A stretch of 64,000 nucleotides of DNA from an uncultured Alphaproteobacteria bacterium (GCA_944389535.1 CALXMS010000001.1:3390-67389); one strand, 5' to 3'. Shown: positions 38,197 through 46,953, numbered from the stretch's first letter. Numbers and translations are program-made. Notes: a model not told the origin generated them from the sequence alone.

Positions 38197-39309
38197 TTAC
38201 GGTTCTGTAACAGATGCACGTGTAATATCTTCCCAAGCATACTGTCCGTTATTATATGTCAAAACATATAAACCGTTAGAATTTACTTGTTCAGCACTTG
38301 GCGCTGGAATTGCTGCGTTAATTTTTTTTGCAATCGTCTGTTCCAACTTGGCTTCTGTTACATTTGCATTTGCAATTTTTTCTGATGTTACTGCATTGCT
38401 ATCAATTTGAGCGGCACCAACAGTATTCATTGTTGCCAAATTACCTAAACCACTGATTTTTGATACAGCGATTGCAGCTGTGTCAGATATATCAGCGTTT
38501 TTGATCGCACCTGCAGCTATATCACCAGCTGCAACTTGATCTTTTGCCGCCAGCGCACCTAACGTAGGCTTATTTTGTAAATCGTTATAAGAACCCGATG
38601 TCGCAACAGTTGCCAAACCACTGATCTTTGATGCAGCGATTGCCGCTGTGTCAGATATATTAGCGTTCGTTATCGCACCTGCAGCGATATCACCGGCTGC
38701 AACTTGATCTTTTGTTGATAATTTACCTAAACCACTAACTTGGGTATTAGCAATAGCTGCACTTGTTGTTATATTACCCGTTCCATCAGTTACTAAGATC
38801 TGATTTTTTGCACCAGGTATATTTTTATCCTGTTTTGCAGCAACGCCTTCCTTCAAAGTATCAATTTCACCTTCTGCAGCGGTTAAACGCTCACCCTGAC
38901 CTGTTACAGTTGCTTCCAAACTAGTCAAATCACCACTTACAGTTGCACTTGCTGCTTCTGCGATTGCATGTGCCGCGGCAACAGATGGGTATTTCGTTTC
39001 ACTGGCAGCATCTGTAACTACTGCATCTGCAGAACTAGAAATATTTGCCTGTGTTTGGAATTTTGCATCTGCAGCTGTCTGTGTATAAACGTCTGCAGAG
39101 TTTGCTTTCAAATAAACTGTATCTGATAAGCTTTCCAATGCAGATTGATCTGCTTTCGTATTTACAGTCTGTGTCAATGTAGTTACCTGACCTTCAACTG
39201 TGCCTACTTCTTGATCAACATATGCTGTTGATGCGATGTCCGCATTTGCCGCACCGACAGTAACAACTGTCAATAATGTTGCAAATATGCCTGCTGTTAG
39301 TTTTTTCAT
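38197..39309 (-). CDS. Secreted tail-fibre-like repeat protein 3 of 4 (370 aa)
   Basis: Signal peptide MKKLTAGIFATLLTVVTVGAANA followed by DIASTAYVDQEV. It carries TKYPSVAAA, coiled-coil-like stretches, a 33-aa unit present twice, ATVATSGSYNDLQNKP and I-x-x-x-A-V-T-x-x-K-I type repeats. The C-terminus is ..NGQYAWEDITRASVTEP. Confidence 0.85.
   Translation of the reverse strand: MKKLTAGIFATLLTVVTVGAANADIASTAYVDQEVGTVEGQVTTLTQTVNTKADQSALESLSDTVYLKANSADVYTQTAADAKFQTQANISSSADAVVTDAASETKYPSVAAAHAIAEAASATVSGDLTSLEATVTGQGERLTAAEGEIDTLKEGVAAKQDKNIPGAKNQILVTDGTGNITTSAAIANTQVSGLGKLSTKDQVAAGDIAAGAITNANISDTAAIAASKISGLATVATSGSYNDLQNKPTLGALAAKDQVAAGDIAAGAIKNADISDTAAIAVSKISGLGNLATMNTVGAAQIDSNAVTSEKIANANVTEAKLEQTIAKKINAAIPAPSAEQVNSNGLYVLTYNNGQYAWEDITRASVTEP
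38446..38544 (-). repeat. Coding repeat (33 aa), copy 2 in the 38197 gene
   Basis: Encodes KDQVAAGDIAAGAIKNADISDTAAIAVSKISGL. Confidence 0.85.
38614..38712 (-). repeat. Coding repeat (33 aa), copy 1 in the 38197 gene
   Basis: Encodes KDQVAAGDIAAGAITNANISDTAAIAASKISGL. The period is 168 nt. Confidence 0.85.
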
Positions 39310-39397
39310 TTTTCCTTCCTTTCTTTTTTTTTATTTTGAATTTGAGTGTTTTTCCTTCTTTTATACCTTTTATATCTTTACTTTTTTCCAATCTTTT

Positions 39398-40312
39398 TTA
39401 ATTAGTAGGCAAAGTTACATTTACCCATGTTAAATTATTATTTTTATCAATGGACAATACGCACAATCCCGAATCGGCTGTACACTCTGCGCTTGGGCGC
39501 TTAACTGCCAAGGTTATAATTTGCTCGTCTGTTTCTGACTTTGTATACACATCATTAGCATTAGCCTTACCTTCAATAGCAGTTTCTAAACCAGAAACAG
39601 CTTCTGCTGCTGTATTCGCAGTATTCACAGCGTTAGTAACTTTTGTGGCTAAACCATTTTCTGCGTTATGAATTTCATCACTTAATTCTTCTATACTACC
39701 AGAAACTTGATCTAATTCTGTGTTTGTCGCGTAATCACCGGCGTCTTGTTTTTCTGACAAAGCTTGATATATAACACTACCTTGCACAGGGTTAACACCG
39801 TCTGGTGTCAAGGTTGTGTCAACAACCACGCCCTCTGGGATGACAGGTTTATCTTCTAAGTCATTATAAGAACCAGTTGTCGCAACAGTTGCCAAAGAAT
39901 CTGTCTTTACATATCCCTGTAACTCGCTAGTATCAACCTTTGTATCTAACTCAGACTGAAACCCGGCAACCGCCGTCTGAGCTGCAGAGGCCGTACTTAC
40001 AGCCGTAGCAACGTCCTTTACCAAACCTGCCGTATCATCACCAACAGTTATTTCCAGTCTACCAACAGAAGTTGTCAAACTAGATACATCTGAGCTAGCT
40101 TGCTGCGCCATTGAAACAGCACTTGCAACGTCTGTTTGCATACTTTCAACAGAATCTTTTTTTGCATACGAAGAATCAACCGTTTCTAGTAATGCACTAT
40201 CCTGTCTATCTACGTAATCTTTACTGGGAATAACTGCAGCATCAGCAGTAACAACACTGAATAAAACAGCGGATAGAATACATCCAGAAAAAACTATTTT
40301 ATTTTTATTCAT
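39398..40312 (-). CDS. Secreted tail-fibre-like protein 2 of 4 (304 aa)
   Basis: Signal peptide ..ILSAVLFSVVTADA, then SKDYVDRQ, long Ala/Ser/Thr coiled-coil-like segments, ATVATTGSYNDLEDKP and NPVQGSVIYQAL. The C-terminus is ..CVLSIDKNNNLTWVNVTLPTN. Confidence 0.85.
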   Translation of the reverse strand: MNKNKIVFSGCILSAVLFSVVTADAAVIPSKDYVDRQDSALLETVDSSYAKKDSVESMQTDVASAVSMAQQASSDVSSLTTSVGRLEITVGDDTAGLVKDVATAVSTASAAQTAVAGFQSELDTKVDTSELQGYVKTDSLATVATTGSYNDLEDKPVIPEGVVVDTTLTPDGVNPVQGSVIYQALSEKQDAGDYATNTELDQVSGSIEELSDEIHNAENGLATKVTNAVNTANTAAEAVSGLETAIEGKANANDVYTKSETDEQIITLAVKRPSAECTADSGLCVLSIDKNNNLTWVNVTLPTN

Positions 40313-40329
40313 TCTTTCTTTTTCCCTTA

Positions 40330-42255
40330 TTACAACTCAATGTCGTACCAAACAGGATCACCGTTTGCGTCAGTTCCTAATATCTGATTTTTAGCGGCAC
40401 CTGCTGTGGTTAGTGCGCTGTTTATTTTATTTTGTACTTCTGAAGACAATTTCGCATCTGTTACGCTATCGTCTTCAATTTCATTTGTGCCAACTTGCGA
40501 AACATAAGCTAAAGCCCCAAGCTCATCAGCATTTACCTTGTTATCGATAATCGTAATGACTTCGTTACTTAATTTATCCGCCGTAACCGTACCATCTTTC
40601 AATTTAACCCCTTCTATAGAATTATCTTGAAAGTTATTAGGATTCACGGGGACCCCTTCTTCGGACAAACTCAAAATCTGCTCATTCGTCCAATCGACCA
40701 CAGCTTTAACTGACGGATAAGCATCTACAGACTTTTCATTTCCAACATCAATCAAAGTAACTTTTCTAGATACATCTTCAGGTGTATAAGTCAGTTTATC
40801 CTGCTTCGTAGCCAAACCTGCCACAGCCTCATCCGCAGCAGATTGCGCATTTGCGGCAGCTGTTTCTGCTTCTGCTGCCGAAGTCTGAGCTGATTCAGCT
40901 TTTGATACAGCGGACGCGATTTGTGCTGCTAAACCTACATCAGGCGTATTTATCGCCGCATCTAACAATGCTACATCTTCTGCAACACCTACAAGCTCTT
41001 CTGTATCGGCTTTCTGTTCTAAAGCGCCGTACACAGCAGCAGTTGAAGGATACTCTGTTTCACTATTTGTTATGGTCTGTACTTTATTTATTGAACTTTC
41101 TTTGCTATTTATATCTGCAACAATATCTGCGCTTAATTTACTTTCAGTTACAGTGCCATCCGTTAGCTTAGTTCCAGAAATGGCACCATCATCAATTTTA
41201 TCTGGATTTACCGGTAACCCCGTATTTTTTAAATCTGTTATTTGCTGACCAGTCCACTGAACAACAGCACCAACAGATGGATACGCCGTATTAGAAGCCT
41301 GATTTTCTGCAGTTATAGCCGTAGCTTTGTTTGTAGCTAACTCTCTGGTCTGCAAACCACGTTCCGTAAGTTCTTTATTGGCATAAGTGGCATCTGCCGC
41401 TTCTTTTGTTAAATATACATCCGCCAAACCAGATATTGCAGATTGTATTGCTGCATTCATTTGTTCCGTCGTAGAATACAAACTCATATCCGCAGAATCG
41501 CCCTTTTCACCTTTTTCACCCTGCGGTCCTTGCGGTCCTGTTATTTCAGATTTAGAAATCAAAACACGCCATTCACTATCACCTTCTCCGTTATAACGCC
41601 ATAACAAATCTGTATCATTATAACCCAACTCCACTTCACGACCATCTTGACCTGCAACCATATCTAATGATTCTTGCAACGCATCAACGTCAACAAAAAT
41701 TTCATTGGTATTATCATCAATTATTATATAACCGTCCTGAGCCGGAATCAAAACATCTTGTTTATCTAACAATTGATCGGAAACATTATCATTGGCCACA
41801 CGTAAATCATCCACATCTCTTTGAAGTTGATCAACTCTACTTGTCAATTCAGAAGCTAATTCTTGATCAAAAGAACCGTCACCCCCAGAAGAAGACCCAC
41901 CACTTGGGGTTTGTGGACGCAAAGAACTACCACCACTTACAGACGTAGTACCACCAAGATATTGTCCTATAGATAATCGCGGTGTTGTAGCTACACGTCC
42001 GCTTGTTGTTGTTCCTGCACTAACCGTTGTACTTGTACCAGAAACGCCAGACGAAGGCGTTACTCTTACAGAGCCACCACGCACAGAAGCCGTAGAACTT
42101 GATGCATTACTATTTGCTGCAGCTGCGCTGGACGCGCTAGAATATGTACCACTGCCCCCCAGAGACCTTACAGATGACGCACCATATGCCCCTGATACGA
42201 CTGTGCATAAAACACATACTATTGCTAATCTTGAAATTTTTAAATCGTTTTTCAT
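40330..42255 (-). CDS. Secreted mosaic tail-fibre-like protein 1 of 4 (641 aa from the ATG at 42255)
   Basis: MKNDLKISRLAIVCVLCTVVSGAYG, then a Ser/Thr/Gly/Arg-rich low-complexity region. It also carries ..LLWRYNGEGDSEWRVLISKSEITGPQGPQGEKGEKGD.. (a short collagen-like run at 41500-41538), three x-YPS-x-x-AV motifs and D-G-T-V-T-x-x-K-L repeats. The C-terminus is ..KNQILGTDANGDPVWYDIEL. Confidence 0.85.
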   Translation of the reverse strand: MKNDLKISRLAIVCVLCTVVSGAYGASSVRSLGGSGTYSSASSAAAANSNASSSTASVRGGSVRVTPSSGVSGTSTTVSAGTTTSGRVATTPRLSIGQYLGGTTSVSGGSSLRPQTPSGGSSSGGDGSFDQELASELTSRVDQLQRDVDDLRVANDNVSDQLLDKQDVLIPAQDGYIIIDDNTNEIFVDVDALQESLDMVAGQDGREVELGYNDTDLLWRYNGEGDSEWRVLISKSEITGPQGPQGEKGEKGDSADMSLYSTTEQMNAAIQSAISGLADVYLTKEAADATYANKELTERGLQTRELATNKATAITAENQASNTAYPSVGAVVQWTGQQITDLKNTGLPVNPDKIDDGAISGTKLTDGTVTESKLSADIVADINSKESSINKVQTITNSETEYPSTAAVYGALEQKADTEELVGVAEDVALLDAAINTPDVGLAAQIASAVSKAESAQTSAAEAETAAANAQSAADEAVAGLATKQDKLTYTPEDVSRKVTLIDVGNEKSVDAYPSVKAVVDWTNEQILSLSEEGVPVNPNNFQDNSIEGVKLKDGTVTADKLSNEVITIIDNKVNADELGALAYVSQVGTNEIEDDSVTDAKLSSEVQNKINSALTTAGAAKNQILGTDANGDPVWYDIEL

Positions 42256-42275
42256 CAATTCTCTCTGCCTATAAC

Positions 42276-42305
42276 ATAATATCATATTTCCACGAATCGG
42301 GTCAA
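42276..42305 (-). promoter_or_regulatory. Possible internal promoter for the first fibre gene
   Basis: On the minus strand: TTGACC (42305-42300), 18 nt, TATTAT (42281-42276). Confidence 0.35.
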
Positions 42306-42317
42306 CTGCTTTATGAG

Positions 42318-43043
42318 TTAAAATTCATATCTTATGCCAATTGATACAGAATTATCCAAAATGAAATCTATATCGTTTTGGAACCAATGTGTTCCCGTTT
42401 CTCCGTCCAAAACAATATCATTTATTCGCTGATCTAAACCGGTCATACCAGATAAACGATAACGAAAATCTAAAATTAAATTATCGTCTAGTTCATATGC
42501 ATAACCTAACATAACACCTGCCATTGGGGCAAAAGCATATTCTTTACGTTCACCACCATTAGAGAATATAGTATCTATTGTAGTAACCGGCATCGCAACA
42601 CCGACACCTGCACCAAGATAAAAACCGTTTACAAAATCATAATAACCATTCAACATTAAATAAGGTACCTGCAAAGAAAAAGAAGATTCCGCATCTTTAT
42701 CTTCAAAATAACCCATATAACCCGCTTCTAATTCAGCGCGCCAAAAATACGCTATTTTTGTACCACCAAAAATACTGCCACCAAAAACTGGTTCAAAAGA
42801 ATATTTATCACTGTTAAATTCTTCCGGAGCTTTCAACCCTTCGTCAACACTATACTTATTTTCCCAATTCATAAAATTTAAATCGGCACGTGCACCAATA
42901 TACCAACCAGTTTTAGCTTTATCGGTATAATCGTAAGTTACCCGATAACCACCGTTATTATCACGAGTCAGGTAACTTGGTGCTGCCATTGCACCCGTTG
43001 CAACAAAACCAGCTAAAACAAAAACTGATAATATTTTTTTCAT
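42318..43043 (-). CDS. Small outer-membrane beta-barrel protein (OmpA-barrel/Omp25-like), first gene of the fibre locus
   Basis: MKKILSVFVLAGFVATGAMA, Gly/aromatic-rich strands, and the C-terminus ..SIGIRYEF. Confidence 0.85.
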   Translation of the reverse strand: MKKILSVFVLAGFVATGAMAAPSYLTRDNNGGYRVTYDYTDKAKTGWYIGARADLNFMNWENKYSVDEGLKAPEEFNSDKYSFEPVFGGSIFGGTKIAYFWRAELEAGYMGYFEDKDAESSFSLQVPYLMLNGYYDFVNGFYLGAGVGVAMPVTTIDTIFSNGGERKEYAFAPMAGVMLGYAYELDDNLILDFRYRLSGMTGLDQRINDIVLDGETGTHWFQNDIDFILDNSVSIGIRYEF

Positions 43044-43070
43044 ATCATTCCTTCCTTTAACTTTTATCAG

Positions 43071-43099
43071 AGTATATCACAAAATACGCACTTAAACAA
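43071..43099 (-). promoter_or_regulatory. Possible promoter of the OMP/fibre locus
   Basis: On the minus strand: TTGTTT (43099-43094), 17 nt, TATACT (43076-43071), then the RBS AAAGGAAGGA. Confidence 0.4.
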
Positions 43100-43116
43100 A
43101 GAACAAAAAACATATA

Positions 43117-43146
43117 TTGACAACTTTTTATAAAATTTGCTAAATT
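43117..43146 (+). promoter_or_regulatory. Promoter of pal
   Basis: TTGACA (43117-43122), 18 nt, TAAATT (43141-43146), with TGC immediately upstream (extended -10 style). Confidence 0.5.
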
Positions 43147-43173
43147 TCATTTATAAAAAACAAAGGAAAGGTT

Positions 43174-43578
43174 ATGAAAAAGCTTATATTATTTGGATCT
43201 GTATTAGGACTTGCTGCATGTAGTGGCGTTCCAAGCAATATAAATGATGATAAAGTATTTTTTGCTTTTGATTCTGCTGTAATTTCAGATGAAGCACGTA
43301 CCAATCTAGAATCTCAGGCTTTGTACATGAAAAAACATCCAAACAAAAATGTTATACTAGAGGGACATTGTGACGAACGTGGTTCCACAGAATATAATTT
43401 AGCATTGGGTGCGTTACGTGCAGGAAATGCGGCACACGTTCTAATTTCTGAAGGAATAGAACCAGAAAGAATTAAAACTATTTCTTATGGTAAAGAACGC
43501 CCACAATATCCTGGTACAGGCGAAGAGGTTTGGGCAAAAAATAGAAACGCGACAACAAAAGTTGTTGATGCAGAATAA
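43174..43578 (+). CDS. pal: Peptidoglycan-associated lipoprotein
   Basis: Lipobox LGLAAC and an OmpA-C domain (..FFAFDSAVISDEAR.. ..ILEGHCDERGSTEYNLALGALRA.. ..SYGKERP..). Confidence 0.92.
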   Translation: MKKLILFGSVLGLAACSGVPSNINDDKVFFAFDSAVISDEARTNLESQALYMKKHPNKNVILEGHCDERGSTEYNLALGALRAGNAAHVLISEGIEPERIKTISYGKERPQYPGTGEEVWAKNRNATTKVVDAE

Positions 43579-43604
43579 AAAATGCGCCAATGGCGCATTT
43601 TTTA
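43577..43604 (+). terminator. Terminator/attenuator after pal
   Basis: AAAAA-ATGCGCCA-a-TGGCGCAT-TTTTT. It overlaps the track's upstream ATG for ftsE, which argues for the later ftsE start. Confidence 0.7.
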
Positions 43605-43650
43605 TTATGTATGCTTGACCATAAAATCTTTTTTTACTACTATTTTTCTC

Positions 43651-44442
43651 ATGGAAGACAATACAGCAATATCTTTTGCAAACGTAGGCGCGCGGTATGA
43701 TAACGCCCGAGAGGTTTTATCAGATGTTTCTTTTAATATCAGTTCTGGTGCATTTTACTTTTTATCTGGTGCTTCTGGTGCAGGAAAAACTACACTTTTA
43801 AGATTAATTTATCAGTTACACAAGCCGTCTCGGGGGCAAATCAAGTTATTCGGTCACGTTACTAATGACATGACACGCGATGAAATCGCAAATCTGCGTC
43901 ATAAAATGGCCATCGTATTTCAGGAATACTCACTACTATCTCATATGTCTGTGTTTGATAACGTTGCATTACCTCTACGCGTACGCGGATTATCAGAAGC
44001 CAAAATAAAAAAACTCGTTTTAAAAGTATTGGAATGGGTTGGTTTAGCCAAATATGCAGATGCAAATCCTAAGACATTATCTGGTGGTCAACAACAGCGT
44101 GTATCAGTTGCAAGGGCGATCATAATTCAACCGTCTATATTACTTGCCGACGAACCGACGGGAAATTTAGACGACGAAAACGCTTCGCGTCTTATGGAAT
44201 TGTTCGTCCAGATGAATAAAACATTTGGTACGACAATAATTCTGGCGACTCATAGTACTAAATTAATGGAAACATATAAATTTCCTGTAATTCACGTTGA
44301 AAATCATAAGGTTAATTTTATAGGCACTCATGGTTCTAAAACGCCGGAAGCCCCGAAAGTAACGAAAGTATGGAAAGGTCCGAAACCGCAAAACTATTTT
44401 TCAGAACTTTCTAAGCAATTTGAAGATATTGGAAACGCATAA
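43651..44442 (+). CDS. ftsE: Cell-division ABC ATPase FtsE
   Basis: Walker A GASGAGKTT, signature LSGGQQQR, Walker B LLADEPT. It is directly followed by the ftsX-like permease. Confidence 0.88.
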   Translation: MEDNTAISFANVGARYDNAREVLSDVSFNISSGAFYFLSGASGAGKTTLLRLIYQLHKPSRGQIKLFGHVTNDMTRDEIANLRHKMAIVFQEYSLLSHMSVFDNVALPLRVRGLSEAKIKKLVLKVLEWVGLAKYADANPKTLSGGQQQRVSVARAIIIQPSILLADEPTGNLDDENASRLMELFVQMNKTFGTTIILATHSTKLMETYKFPVIHVENHKVNFIGTHGSKTPEAPKVTKVWKGPKPQNYFSELSKQFEDIGNA

Positions 44443-45282
44443 ATGACAAAAAAACCGATTGTTTTTTCTCTCGTACGAGATCAGTCTATGTTTATGACGG
44501 CGATTATGTCACTGTTAACATTTTTGGCTGTCTTGGCTTTTGGCATTGCCCTATCTATCGGTACAGGCGTAATACGCTGGAATTCACAATGGGATCTTTT
44601 CGCAACTGTTCAAGTTATGCAAACAGATAATAGCGCAAAGGTAAAAAATATAATCGACGAAAACACCGAGAAAATTGCAAAAGTAACAGAAATAACTACG
44701 GAACAAATGCATGATTTGTTGGGACCGTGGATATCAGGTGGCAGCGCACTAGAAAATTATCTACCAAAAATGTATGAATTACAGTTTAACACGATTGACG
44801 ATTTAGAATATGTTGAAAAACAGATTTCCGAATATGCCAGATTCTTAACACATGCCCAGGCACTAAAAAGTTCAACTTCTGCCGGTTGGAAGATGATTTT
44901 AATTTCTTCTTTTGTATTATTACTGACTCTTGGTGCGATCGGCGTTTGTATTTCTTACATCGCTAGGAATACAGCTTTATTACACAGGCGTGAATTAGAA
45001 ATACTTAACCAGATTGGTGCCACAGATGCCTACGTTGCTCGCCAGATGCAAATAATAATTGCTAAGATTTGTGTCGCAGCGGGCGCAGCAGGTTTTGCTG
45101 TTGCTGTTCCATTTTTGCTACTTATTCTTGGGGCGGCTCATAGCGCAAGAGTCGGATTAATGGCAATGTTATCAATTTCTGGTTGGGGATGGTTCCTTTT
45201 ATTTCTTCTGCCGATTTTAATAATTATATTTGCAATATGGATTACTAAGCGTACTACGATAAATATTTTAAAGAATAGTTAA
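44443..45282 (+). CDS. ftsX: Cell-division permease FtsX-like
   Basis: Four-TM topology with a large loop after TM1. The ATG abuts the ftsE stop codon. Confidence 0.8.
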   Translation: MTKKPIVFSLVRDQSMFMTAIMSLLTFLAVLAFGIALSIGTGVIRWNSQWDLFATVQVMQTDNSAKVKNIIDENTEKIAKVTEITTEQMHDLLGPWISGGSALENYLPKMYELQFNTIDDLEYVEKQISEYARFLTHAQALKSSTSAGWKMILISSFVLLLTLGAIGVCISYIARNTALLHRRELEILNQIGATDAYVARQMQIIIAKICVAAGAAGFAVAVPFLLLILGAAHSARVGLMAMLSISGWGWFLLFLLPILIIIFAIWITKRTTINILKNS

Positions 45283-45791
45283 TGAAATTATTACCACCAT
45301 CTTTGTTACTAGTGACTATATTTGTTATCGGCGGTGCAGCATTCAAAATGACTTCTCCCCGTACATGCGAACGCATAAAAACTAACGATTCAATATTTGT
45401 ATTAACTGGTGATATGCGAAGGATACCTTTTGCTATGCGTCAATTACGTAAACATCCATATGCGGACTTATATATAATAGGCGCAGGAACTAATGGCAGT
45501 TTTGATAATACTAGACGAGTTACAATAGAATCCGATTCGAAATCAACTTATCAAAACGCACTTGCCATAAAGAAAATTGCTCAGAAAACTGGTCTTAATA
45601 GATTGGTAATAATTACTACTGAAGATCATATGAAACGAGCAACCTATTTGATAAGACAAGAACTGCCAGATACAGAAATTGTTACCTGCCCTGTACCACT
45701 TACAGATATGCCAGTTACAAAAAGACTTGAACGATGGTTTATAGAGTATATAAAATATATCGTTACATTATTAGGAATAAAAGAAGGATAA
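45282..45791 (+). CDS. DUF218/YdcF-family protein
   Basis: ..IFVLTGDMRR.. ..SKSTYQNALAIKKIA.. ..VIITTEDHMKRA... Its start overlaps the ftsX stop (TAATG). Confidence 0.7.
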   Translation: MKLLPPSLLLVTIFVIGGAAFKMTSPRTCERIKTNDSIFVLTGDMRRIPFAMRQLRKHPYADLYIIGAGTNGSFDNTRRVTIESDSKSTYQNALAIKKIAQKTGLNRLVIITTEDHMKRATYLIRQELPDTEIVTCPVPLTDMPVTKRLERWFIEYIKYIVTLLGIKEG

Positions 45792-45807
45792 AAATAAAGG
45801 AAGTAAA

Positions 45808-46515
45808 ATGTTCAGAACAGTTATGTTTAAAATATTATTAGCACTATATTTTATCTTATGGTCACCTCTACTTTTAATAGGATTGATATCAAAAAAACTA
45901 AATAGATTTTTTGTTTTAACATGTGCTGGCGGCGTTTTAGTTTTGGCGCGCATTATTGCCGGAATAAAATATCAAATACACTATCCACCAATTGAAGAAA
46001 ATGGTGTACCTGTTGCACCTAATGGAAATATAAGATTAGACGGCAAAGCGATAATTGCCGCCAAGCATATGTCCATATTAGAAATAGCGGTTTTATCAAA
46101 TTATGTTCCGAACTCATTTTTCATAATAAAGCGTGAACTATTATGGATTCCTATTTATGGTTGGGCTTTCTGGCGGATGGGTTTACAACCGGTAAATCGC
46201 GCAAGAGGTGCAACAAATATGAAAAAACTAACGCACAGCGTTGCAAAGAAAATCATGGATGGGCAAGTTCTTATTATTTTCCCAGAAGGAACCAGAGCCA
46301 AACCTGGTCAGAAAGTACAATTAAAACGTGGTCTATTATTTTTAGCTCACGAATTAAAATTACCGATATTACCTGTCGGTACAGACGCTGGTAAATATTG
46401 GCCAAAACATGGAAGAATGCATAGTGGTACCGCAAACATATGGTTTGAACCGATGTTACCATGCAATGCCTCATTGGATGAAATAAGCGAAGCTATCAAT
46501 CGCCATAGCGCATAA
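45808..46515 (+). CDS. plsC: 1-acyl-sn-glycerol-3-phosphate (lysophospholipid) acyltransferase
   Basis: ..AAKHMSILE.. (a variant of the HX4D box), ..IFPEGTRAKPG.., and an N-terminal TM helix. Confidence 0.8.
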   Translation: MFRTVMFKILLALYFILWSPLLLIGLISKKLNRFFVLTCAGGVLVLARIIAGIKYQIHYPPIEENGVPVAPNGNIRLDGKAIIAAKHMSILEIAVLSNYVPNSFFIIKRELLWIPIYGWAFWRMGLQPVNRARGATNMKKLTHSVAKKIMDGQVLIIFPEGTRAKPGQKVQLKRGLLFLAHELKLPILPVGTDAGKYWPKHGRMHSGTANIWFEPMLPCNASLDEISEAINRHSA

Positions 46516-46541
46516 AAAATCCTGCATTAAGCAGGATTTTT
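46514..46541. terminator. Bidirectional terminator (plsC / nuclease gene)
   Basis: AAAAA-ATCCTGC-attaa-GCAGGAT-TTTT. Confidence 0.75.
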
Positions 46542-46953
46542 ACTTACACCAGCTTTGTCGCTTTCCGCCATCATATTTTCTACCCAATTTTTCCGTAACC
46601 AAAATATTTGATAGATCACGACCATCAGCAAGCTTTACCCTGGCGTCTATTCTTCCTAAATATTTATCATCTTTAATATCCGATAAATCAACAACGGAAC
46701 CAATTGGTAATAATTGAGCAGCTCTATTAGTTGCTTTACGAGCCATATCAATTTCTTGTTTACACTGCCCGTTCATTTCTGGAGTATCAACATCTAAAAG
46801 TCTTACCCTAACTGTAATTTGTGTTTTATCTTCTAATTCTACACGCGCGGCAAAAGTATCTCCGTCTAAAACTCTGTCAACAACGGCAGGTATTGCAATT
46901 GCCCTGCTTACGACTAGTAACGAAGCCAAAAAAGCAAAGCCTAATTTTTTCAT
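46540..46953 (-). CDS. Secreted staphylococcal-nuclease-like (SNase/thermonuclease fold) protein
   Basis: MKKLGFAFLASLLVVSRAIA followed by ..VVDRVLDGDTFAARV.. ..VRLLDVDTPEM.. ..KYLGRIDARV... Its ATG at 46953 overlaps the tolB stop (TAATG). Confidence 0.75.
   Translation of the reverse strand: MKKLGFAFLASLLVVSRAIAIPAVVDRVLDGDTFAARVELEDKTQITVRVRLLDVDTPEMNGQCKQEIDMARKATNRAAQLLPIGSVVDLSDIKDDKYLGRIDARVKLADGRDLSNILVTEKLGRKYDGGKRQSWCK

Noticed and set aside
37249-38712. Regularly spaced DNA repeats that could suggest a CRISPR array or tandem satellite.
   Set aside because: The repeats lie in-frame inside long ORFs, the units are 99-186 nt, and the sequences between them are also coding. They are protein repeats.
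37090-42285. A prophage or phage-remnant interpretation of the tail-fibre-like genes.
   Set aside because: All four proteins carry Sec signal peptides. There are no capsid, terminase, portal, tail-tube, baseplate, lysis or repressor genes in the flanks, which are housekeeping. The locus is kept as a finding, not called a prophage.
43582-43650. The longer FtsE N-terminus proposed by the ORF track (MRQWRIFYYVCLT..).
   Set aside because: That ATG lies inside the pal terminator hairpin (ATGCGCCA-a-TGGCGCAT). The ATG at 43651 gives a normal FtsE N-terminus.
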